A stretch of DNA of 64,000 nt, taken from NCBI GenBank assembly GCA_013151865.1, contig JAADHN010000111.1:122624-186623 (forward strand). Reading direction: 5' to 3'. The translations under genes were made by a program, and so were the position numbers. This DNA comes from Kiritimatiellota bacterium (GTDB lineage Bacteria; Verrucomicrobiota; Lentisphaeria; Oligosphaerales; JAADHN01). Position 1 is the stretch's first letter. Each line of letters begins with the position of its first letter. Below the pieces are notes generated by a model. That model saw nothing but the letters and a program-made list of their open reading frames with translations, had not been told where the DNA came from and ran no database searches. Positions 56,878 to 64,000 of the stretch are shown here, in pieces.

Positions 56878-57378
56878 TCAGTGCACTCCCGGCGACCGGC
56901 GGCCGGCCGGAACGAACGAAACATCGCGGACTTGGTCGCCGGCGCACGATTGCACCGCCCCCAAAATATCCTGCTTCTGGAAGTTCGCCAATGAGTACAT
57001 CCAGCCGGGGTCGCGAACCTCGATCACCAAGCAACGATTCCGCAGGGCCACGGGCCAGGTCTGCCGCGCCAATTCTCCGCCGCAAATGCGTGGCCAGGCG
57101 TTTTGCAGGGACGTGACCGTCAAGTCCTCGTGCCTGCGCAGTTCGCGGAACAGCTCGGGGACGACCTCACCCACGGAGCGGGCCGGGACTTCCCGGGCAC
57201 GGATCTCGCCGGCCGTACGTTCCGGACCGTACCAGTCGGCCATGACCTGACGCCGGGACGCCTCGATCCGACTCGGCCGCCGGGCGAAGTGTGTCCTCAG
57301 GCGATTCCGCCGCAAGGCCATCCAGTAGCGCGCGTCGCCACTGGGCCGAGGGCGACCGGGTTTTGATCCGCCAGACAT
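56878..57378 (-). CDS. DUF721/DciA-like protein
   Basis: GGAGGTG lies 8 nt upstream of ATG 57378. LQNAWPRICGGELARQTWPVALRNRCLVIEVRDPGWMYSL matches the DUF721 pattern (W..ivG..la..t.p..l..g.L.v.v.s..W..eL). Confidence 0.6.
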   Translation of the reverse strand: MSGGSKPGRPRPSGDARYWMALRRNRLRTHFARRPSRIEASRRQVMADWYGPERTAGEIRAREVPARSVGEVVPELFRELRRHEDLTVTSLQNAWPRICGGELARQTWPVALRNRCLVIEVRDPGWMYSLANFQKQDILGAVQSCAGDQVRDVSFVPAGRRSPGVH

Positions 57379-57973
57379 GAAAACACACCTCCACTCGAGG
57401 GGGGGCAAATGCGCCGCAACCGCGGTGTGCCTGGAAATCAGAGGAGACCGTCAGACTCGAATGCGATCCGGCAAATCGGACTTGGGCGGCGCGCCCGGCA
57501 CGTCATGCGAGCCCCACACTCTCCGCGAGGATGCCCGAGCCTGCCGGCCTCATCCGAAACGGCGACGGACGTGCCGACCCTTCGGGAATGTCGGGACAAT
57601 TCCGGCACGCGCCTTACAATACCACGCCGAAACGCACGCCGCACGCGCCGGTTTGCAGGCATCTCGGTTTCGGATTGCCGGCAAACCGAGGACCGGACGC
57701 CGACGCGCCGCACGGCGAGAAGAAAAAGCGAACATCCGGCTCGTTTTCGGCTTCCGGCAAGTTGAAATCTCGACGCCAGGCATTTTGTTCCTGACTGCTC
57801 GCCTTTCGCTGTCGACGACCGCGGGATGCGGCCAAGCCTGGTCCGAATCGAGCCTACTGTCGTCTCGAAACAACTCTGGAGCGCAGCGCTTGCAGGCCCT
57901 GCACGATTCTCCGGGCAATCCTGAGACGTTTTGTCAAAATCACGAGGTCTTCAGAAACAAAGGAAATCGAACC

Positions 57974-59104
57974 ATGGCGCTCAAAGTTGGTGTGGTCGGA
58001 TTGCGCGGCATCGGGAACCGGCACGCGGACTGCCATGCGGCCGATGCCCTGGCCGAGTTGGTCGCCGTCTGCGACATCGTGAAGCAGCGCGCGGACGAGA
58101 CGGCAAAAAAACACGGCGTCCCCGCTTACTATTCTCTGAAGGATATGCTGCAAAACGAAGAACTGGACATCGTGGACGTCTGCACCGGTGGTCCCGAGAA
58201 CGGCGGGTGGCACTACGAGCCGGTCATGGAGGCCCTGGACGCCGGCCGCAACGTCCTGGTCGAGAAGCCGATCAGCAACGACATCGAAAAAGCGCGGGAA
58301 ATGGTGGCGTACGCACAGGAAAAGGACGTCTACCTCGGCTGCAACCTGAACCATTACTTCACCGAGCCGGCGCGCCAAGCCCGCAAGTACATGGACGACG
58401 GACGCGTCGGCGAACAGATTTATTGCCTGCACCGCATGGGCTTCCCAGGCGGAGTGTCCACCTATTCTCCCGGAGCGGCCCCCAATGCCAAAGGGTTTCC
58501 GTATTTCCACGTCAAGGCGTTCCTGAGTCACCCGTTCAGCATCATGCGCTATTTCTGCGGCGATATTACGCATGTCCAGGCATTCATGGGCCGACCGAGT
58601 TTCCGGATCGCGGCTGGCGACCCGATGGTATCGGTCAACAGCATCCATGTTCGATTCCAGAGCGGCGCGGTCGGGTACCTGTTCAGCCAGCGTGGGGATA
58701 CGACCATGGGACTGGGCGGCTGGTGGAGCGTCGAGGTCGGCGGTACGAAAGGCACGTTCTGCATCGAGAACTGCGTCGAAAAGTGCACCTTCTTCCCGGC
58801 GCCCGGCAGCGAGGGCGCGGCCCAACCTGAGAAGCTCGGTTTGGGCCAAGCCCCCGAACCGGTGGTGCACAACACTGGGGAAACGGACTTCGGGGCCACA
58901 TTTCCGCAGCGCATCCATGCCTTCCTCGAAGACGTGACCGATCGTGTCCCCAAACACGAATTGCGGGCTTCCGGGCGCGACGCCCTGGCGACCCTCGAGT
59001 ACACGTTTGCGGCCATTGAATCGTACGAAGAAGGCGGCATCTTGGTGCGGCCTTTTCCCCTGCCCCTGGTGGAACACATCCCCGCGGAACGGGAAGGGAC
59101 CTGA
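57974..59104 (+). CDS. Gfo/Idh/MocA-family NAD(P)-dependent oxidoreductase
   Basis: MALKVGVVGLRGIGNRHA Rossmann start and the EKP motif (LVEKPIS). The track ORF 57377.. carries a long junk N-terminal extension. Confidence 0.85.
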   Translation: MALKVGVVGLRGIGNRHADCHAADALAELVAVCDIVKQRADETAKKHGVPAYYSLKDMLQNEELDIVDVCTGGPENGGWHYEPVMEALDAGRNVLVEKPISNDIEKAREMVAYAQEKDVYLGCNLNHYFTEPARQARKYMDDGRVGEQIYCLHRMGFPGGVSTYSPGAAPNAKGFPYFHVKAFLSHPFSIMRYFCGDITHVQAFMGRPSFRIAAGDPMVSVNSIHVRFQSGAVGYLFSQRGDTTMGLGGWWSVEVGGTKGTFCIENCVEKCTFFPAPGSEGAAQPEKLGLGQAPEPVVHNTGETDFGATFPQRIHAFLEDVTDRVPKHELRASGRDALATLEYTFAAIESYEEGGILVRPFPLPLVEHIPAEREGT

Positions 59105-59399
59105 GGAACAATCCCGGCGCGGCGGGTTGGGCTGGATCGTGCACGGAGTCGAGTCATCGCGTCAAACGGCCGGCAAGCGGCACGGGTGTGTTGAACACCG
59201 GTTCGCTCCGGCGGTTGGCGGCAATGCTCTGAAGATACAACGTGTCTGAGAATAGTCCGGGAAACGCTGTAGCGCTGTAGTGTAGGGCCTGCGGGTTGGC
59301 GTGGGTCCCGGATTCTTTGGAGACGAGCCATGTGTGCAATGCGCCAACATGGCGGACGGTTCGTGAATTGTTCGGGGTAGCGCAGCGAGGAGTCCGGTG

Positions 59400-60221
59400 A
59401 TGCAACTGGGAGTCAACACGGTCCTCTTCGGCGGCCACGACTTCCGGACTGCCGTGCAACACATCAGGTGGGCCGGATACGATGCTGTCGAAATCTCCGC
59501 GCTCGATGGCCTGGGCGCTTTTGGCGACCCATTGGGCGAACACCTCCACCTGGACCGCTGGGAGGAAGACGTGCCGGGCATTCGGGCCGTACTCGCGGAA
59601 TTCGAGTTGCCGCTCTCGGCAATGGAAGTGGGGCCGCTGGACGAGAAACGCTGCCTGGCCGCCTTCGAGGCCGCTGCCGCGCTCGGTATTCCGGTGGTGA
59701 ACATCGGTCCCAGCGGCAAGAGCGGGGCGCCGGGCGATCTGGACGCCTGCATCGAGCGTATGAGGCGACTTGCCGAACGGGCCGAGGCATGGGGTGTGGT
59801 TCTGTGTGTGAAAGCCCACATCGGCGCGTCCATGTACGACACTGCCACCACGCTCGAAGTTATGAACAGGATTTCCTGCCCTGCGTTCGGGATCGACATG
59901 GACCCCAGTCACATCTACCGGGGCGGCGAAGATCCGGCCGAGGCGTTGCGCCAAGTGATTTCCCGGGTCCGGCATGTGCACATCCGTGATTCCGGCCCCG
60001 GCCCGGCGCCGGGCGCGGCCGAGGAACAGGCCTGCGGTCGAGCCGAGGTGGACCTGCCGGGGTACCTCCGGGTTTTGGTCGAATCCGGTTACGACGGTCC
60101 CGTGAACCTCGAGGTCATCGGGGCATCCCGGTATCCGGTGAGCCGCAGCGCCATAATCGCGGCCGAAAGCCGCGGATACCTGAATGCCTGCCTGAAATCC
60201 ATTGGCGGGAAGGGGACGTGA
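59400..60221 (+). CDS. Xylose-isomerase-like TIM-barrel protein (sugar phosphate isomerase/epimerase family), paralogue 1
   Basis: LGVNTVLFGGHDFRTAVQHIRWAGYDAVEI..., VKAH, GIDMDPSHI, HVHIRD and NLEV are family-typical metal-ligand motifs. Confidence 0.85.
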   Translation: MQLGVNTVLFGGHDFRTAVQHIRWAGYDAVEISALDGLGAFGDPLGEHLHLDRWEEDVPGIRAVLAEFELPLSAMEVGPLDEKRCLAAFEAAAALGIPVVNIGPSGKSGAPGDLDACIERMRRLAERAEAWGVVLCVKAHIGASMYDTATTLEVMNRISCPAFGIDMDPSHIYRGGEDPAEALRQVISRVRHVHIRDSGPGPAPGAAEEQACGRAEVDLPGYLRVLVESGYDGPVNLEVIGASRYPVSRSAIIAAESRGYLNACLKSIGGKGT

Positions 60222-60366
60222 ACGGCGGCGGCGCACGCGGAGAGGCCAAGCGACACCGCGGTCCGGGCCGTCCCGCGCCACCACGGGGCCGCCGCACGCG
60301 GAGGGGCCGGGCGGTCCGTCCGAGGCGGCCGACTTCTTCTCAACCAACAACGGAGACTCGAACACC

Positions 60367-61152
60367 ATGATCAAGCTCGGTGTGAATACAGTTTTGTTCG
60401 GCAAGCACGATTTTCGGACCGCGGTCCAGCATATTAAGTGGGCCGGATACGATGCGGCGGAGATTTCCGCTTTGCCGGGAATGGCCGATCACTTGCCTCT
60501 GGACAACTGGCGGGCCGTTGCCGGTGAAATCAAAGCCATCTGCAGCGATTTCGAACTGCCGCTCACGGCGGTCGAAGTCGGGGCACTCGCCCCGGAGCGA
60601 CTCCTGCCCGCCTTTGAGGCCGCCGCAGAGATCGGCATTCCCGTGGTAAACGTGGGGCCGGGACGGGACGAACTGTCGGCGGTGCTCGACAAGCTGCAGG
60701 AAATGTCCGAAAAAGCGGCGGAGTACGGCGTGATCTTGTGCGTAAAAGCCCACGTGAACACGGCGATTTTCAACACTCCGACCACGCTCCAGGCCATGGA
60801 AAAAGTCACTTCCCCCGCCTTCGGGATCGACATGGATCCCAGCCACATCCATCGCGGCGGCGAAATCCCCAAGGACGCCCTGCAACAAGTGGTCTCTCGG
60901 GTCCGGCACGTCCACATTCGGGATTGCGCCGGTCCCGGCCCCCGGCCGGGCGCACCCGAAATGCAGGCCTGCGGTCGGGGCGACATCGATTTGTTGGGCT
61001 ACTGCCGTGTCCTGGTCGAAGCCGGATACGACGGCCCCGTCAACCTCGAAGTGATCGGGGCGCGCGACTACGAACTCAGCCGTCAGGCCATCATCGCCGC
61101 GGAAAGTTACGGCTATCTGAATGCATGTCTCAAGATGGCCGGCGGGCGATGA
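60367..61152 (+). CDS. Xylose-isomerase-like TIM-barrel protein, paralogue 2 (about 60% identical to 59400-60221 by eye)
   Basis: MIKLGVNTVLFGKHDFRTAVQHIKWAGYDAAEI... colinear with paralogue 1 to the C-terminus (YLNACLK). Confidence 0.85.
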   Translation: MIKLGVNTVLFGKHDFRTAVQHIKWAGYDAAEISALPGMADHLPLDNWRAVAGEIKAICSDFELPLTAVEVGALAPERLLPAFEAAAEIGIPVVNVGPGRDELSAVLDKLQEMSEKAAEYGVILCVKAHVNTAIFNTPTTLQAMEKVTSPAFGIDMDPSHIHRGGEIPKDALQQVVSRVRHVHIRDCAGPGPRPGAPEMQACGRGDIDLLGYCRVLVEAGYDGPVNLEVIGARDYELSRQAIIAAESYGYLNACLKMAGGR

Positions 61153-61248
61153 AGGGCAATTGGGCGGCGGAATGATCCGTCGAATCGGACAGATCATCCC
61201 TCCCGGCGCACGACGCCGGAGGGAAAGTAAACCGGAGACAACACGATC

Positions 61249-62310
61249 ATGACTATCCAGGTCGGCATTCTCGGGTTCGCCCACGGGCATGTAAACGCCT
61301 ACTGCAGCCGGTGGCGCGAGCACCCGGAGTTCGGGGTAACGGTCACGGCCGGCTGGGACCATGACGCCGCACGGCTCGAGAAAGCGGCGTCGGGCCATGG
61401 CGTGGCGCCCTGCACCACGGTGGAGGCATTGCTCGAACGCCGGGATGTCGAGGCGGTAGTGGTCGCCTCCGAGACCTCTTTGCACGCGGACCTGGTCGAG
61501 CAGGCGGCCCGGGCGGGAAAGGCCGTGGTGCTGCAGAAGCCCATCGCGTTGACCTTGGCCGAGGCGGACCGAATCGTCGCCGCGATCAAGGAAACCGGCG
61601 TCCCGTTCACCATGGCCTGGCAAATGCGCGTGGACCCGCAGAACTTGAAGATCAAGGAATTGCTCGATAACGGGGAACTGGGCCAAGTGTTCATGGCGCG
61701 TCGACGGCACGGCCTGAGCACACACCTGTGGCCTTGGCTCGCGGAGAGTTGGCATGTGGACCCCAGGTACAACCGGGACATCTGGGCCGACGACGCGGCC
61801 CACGCGGTCGATTTCATCTACTGGCTTTTCGGAAAACCTCTGTCCGTTACGGCCGAAATCGAATCCCTGTACAGTCCGAAAATCCCCATGGACAACGGCA
61901 TCGCAATCTACCGGTATGCGGGCGGACCGCTTACGGAAGTGGTATCGTCATTCACCAACCCTGCCGGCGAAAACACCGTCGAAATCGTCTGCGAAAAAGG
62001 TACGATCATTCAGAATTACGGCGACGGGCCCAGTTGCGGTTTGCCGCGTCCCGAAGGCGCCCCCGGCCTGAAGTGGTACCTTACAGAACGGAAGGAATGG
62101 GTGCACAGCGACATTCCCACGCCGCCGGGACACGGTCACCGCATCGCCGGTTTGGCCGGTCCCATCGGAGAATTCCTGCGCGGCGAGCGCGACCCCATTG
62201 CCACCGCGGAAGAAGGCCGGACCGTACTGCGCATGATTCTGGCCTGCTACGTCTCGACGCGCCAGGGACGCCGCGTCGACCTCGACGACCCGGCGGTCGC
62301 CGATGTCTGA
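61249..62310 (+). CDS. Gfo/Idh/MocA-family oxidoreductase
   Basis: MTIQVGILGFAHGH start and the LQKP(I) EKP-like motif. C-terminal alpha/beta dimerisation domain. Confidence 0.85.
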   Translation: MTIQVGILGFAHGHVNAYCSRWREHPEFGVTVTAGWDHDAARLEKAASGHGVAPCTTVEALLERRDVEAVVVASETSLHADLVEQAARAGKAVVLQKPIALTLAEADRIVAAIKETGVPFTMAWQMRVDPQNLKIKELLDNGELGQVFMARRRHGLSTHLWPWLAESWHVDPRYNRDIWADDAAHAVDFIYWLFGKPLSVTAEIESLYSPKIPMDNGIAIYRYAGGPLTEVVSSFTNPAGENTVEIVCEKGTIIQNYGDGPSCGLPRPEGAPGLKWYLTERKEWVHSDIPTPPGHGHRIAGLAGPIGEFLRGERDPIATAEEGRTVLRMILACYVSTRQGRRVDLDDPAVADV

Positions 62311-62390
62311 ACACCGAAGCCGGTGAATGATGTACGACAAACCCGGCGACCGCCCCGGTCGCCGCAGGAACCAACGAAAGGATTTCTGCC

Positions 62391-63803
62391 ATGGCCCCCG
62401 CCACCAAGACCAAGAACGGGAAACCGAACCTTCTGCTGATCGGCGTGGATTCTCTGGTGCCGACGCACATGAGCGCCTACGGCTACCCGCGCCTGACCAC
62501 CCCGCACATCGACCGATTCGCAAGAGACGGCGTGCTGTTCGAGAACACGTTCTGCCCGCACGTCCCCACCACGCCGGGGTACGGATCCATGCTGACGGGA
62601 CGAGACTGTTTCGGGACCAACTGCGTGGCGCTCCGGCACAAGGGACCGTTGTGGGACCGAGTCAAGACTCTCCCCGAGGTCCTCGGTGAAAACGGGTACA
62701 ACACCACCATCGTCGGCTTCACCGGCAACCCCGCCTCCCGGGGCTTTCAGAACTACCTGAACTATTCCGGCTGGGGTGCCTCCGAGGACGGACGCATGGC
62801 CAAAGCCCAAAAACTCAATGAGGTCACAGTCCCCGAAATCGAGCGGCTCGCCGCCGAAGACAAGCAGCCGTTTTTCCTCATGCTTCGGCACATGGATCCG
62901 CACTCCCCCTACCTGCCGCCAGCCCCGTTCGAGCGCATTTTCTACCACGGCAACGAATGCGATCCCAGCAACAATTCCATGAGACCGGTCATGGAATTCA
63001 AACCGTTCCGCGACTACTTCGCGACCTGGATGCCTCCCGGCATTACGGACAAGGACTACGTGATCGCCCAGTACGACGGCGCCGTGGCCTACATGGATGC
63101 CTGCCTCCAGACTCTTTTCGCCGAACTCGAACGCCTCGACTTGGTGGAGAACACGATCGTGGTCTTGAACGCGGACCACGGCGAGACCCTTTACGATCAC
63201 GAGTGCTGGTTCGATCATCACGGCACGTACGACAACACGCTGCGCGTGCCCTTGATCATTCGGTACCCGGGCAAGGTCCCGTCCGGAATGCGTATTGCGG
63301 GGTACAACCAACACAAGGACTTGGTCCCGACTCTCCTCGAACTTATGGAGATCGAAACCGACCTCGAGTTCGACGGCCAATCCCTCATGCCGCTGGTCCG
63401 CGGCGAAAAGGACCAGCTCGATACCGAATTCTACATCACCGAATGCACCTGGATGCGCAAGCATGGTTGGCGCACCCCGGAGTGGAAGCTCATCGTCGCC
63501 CTGGAACCCGACTTCCATTTCAAGCCGCCGGTCGAGCTCTACAACCTGGTCCAGGATCCCGAGGAGAACCGCAACCTTGCCGAAGCCGAACCGGATGTGG
63601 TCGCCCTCCTCAAGAAACGGATGGAAGCCTTCATCGCCCGGCGCGAAAAGGAAATGGGGATCACCAACCCCATGCTCACACAAGGCGCCTGGCACGGTCA
63701 CCCGGAAGTCGGTCCGGCCTTCAAGAGCAGTCAACAGGCCTACGACACGCTGCACATTGGAGATCCGCAGCAGGCCGCGAAGCTGCAGGCCAAACCCCGT
63801 TGA
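62391..63803 (+). CDS. Sulfatase-fold (alkaline phosphatase superfamily) hydrolase lacking the C/S-x-P-x-R formylglycine motif
   Basis: PNLLLIGVDSL metal-site start and LNADHGE, characteristic of the fold. The nucleophile segment reads TTPGYGSMLTG where type I sulfatases have C-x-P-x-R-x-x-x-x-T-G. Confidence 0.8.
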   Translation: MAPATKTKNGKPNLLLIGVDSLVPTHMSAYGYPRLTTPHIDRFARDGVLFENTFCPHVPTTPGYGSMLTGRDCFGTNCVALRHKGPLWDRVKTLPEVLGENGYNTTIVGFTGNPASRGFQNYLNYSGWGASEDGRMAKAQKLNEVTVPEIERLAAEDKQPFFLMLRHMDPHSPYLPPAPFERIFYHGNECDPSNNSMRPVMEFKPFRDYFATWMPPGITDKDYVIAQYDGAVAYMDACLQTLFAELERLDLVENTIVVLNADHGETLYDHECWFDHHGTYDNTLRVPLIIRYPGKVPSGMRIAGYNQHKDLVPTLLELMEIETDLEFDGQSLMPLVRGEKDQLDTEFYITECTWMRKHGWRTPEWKLIVALEPDFHFKPPVELYNLVQDPEENRNLAEAEPDVVALLKKRMEAFIARREKEMGITNPMLTQGAWHGHPEVGPAFKSSQQAYDTLHIGDPQQAAKLQAKPR

Positions 63804-63920
63804 TTCCGTCCATTCTCGGACGCGGCGGTCGGCTCCGGGGACGCATCCCTGGGATCCGCCGGCCGCGGTGATGCATCTGAACGTTCGCCGATCGTTCGAC
63901 GAAATCGGAGGTCCGAAACC

Positions 63921-64000
63921 ATGCCTCTCAGAGCCGCCGTTATCGGCTGCGGTCCGATCGGAAACCGACATGCGGACATCTACCGGGAAGATCCGCTGGC
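63921..64000 (+). CDS. Gfo/Idh/MocA-family oxidoreductase, N-terminal fragment (continues beyond the right edge)
   Basis: GGAGG lies 9 nt upstream. MPLRAAVIGCGPIGNRHADIYREDPL is a Rossmann start very like that of 57974. Confidence 0.7.
   Translation, partial: MPLRAAVIGCGPIGNRHADIYREDPL

Overview
High-GC (roughly 60-65%) bacterial chromosomal segment. The gene content is typical of a polysaccharide- and sulfated-glycan-degrading PVC-type organism (Planctomycetota/Verrucomicrobiota-like); that placement is inference from gene content only. No rRNA, CRISPR array, transposase or integrase was seen. Layout: (i) 1-10.8 kb holds a compact, divergently organised RiPP-like locus, the most interesting item. 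It contains a radical-SAM enzyme with a PqqD-like leader-binding domain, which runs off the left edge and is absent from the ORF track. It also contains a 72-aa precursor with a textbook double-glycine leader and a 48%-Gly tandem-repeat core, and two SurA_N/parvulin-like proteins without signal peptides. Export is covered by a complete dedicated three-component system: an ABC transporter with two cNMP-binding domains and a C39 peptidase domain, a HlyD adaptor, and a TolC-like channel. (ii) 11-23 kb: orphan Phd/YefM-like gene, dCMP deaminase, beta-helix protein, histidine kinase/response regulator, dnaJ-grpE, HpcH aldolase, FAD oxidoreductase, a mini-secretin. (iii) 23.4-42.3 kb: CAZyme/sulfatase island (GH20-like, LamG+GH42-like, GH43-like, GH5, BNR/sialidase-like, arylsulfatase), with a ~107-nt conserved intergenic element present twice. 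(iv) 42.5-48 kb: partial dcw cluster (mraZ-rsmH-ftsL-ftsI-murE). (v) trxB, thiol-disulfide lipoprotein, tRNA-Thr(CGU), dxr, tail-specific protease, LarA-like, DUF721-like. (vi) 58-64 kb: Gfo/Idh/MocA, tandem TIM-barrel isomerase paralogues and a sulfatase-fold gene. All functional calls rest on motifs read by eye; no database search was possible. Many long Arg/Pro-rich ORFs in the track are antisense or out-of-frame artefacts of GC-rich DNA.
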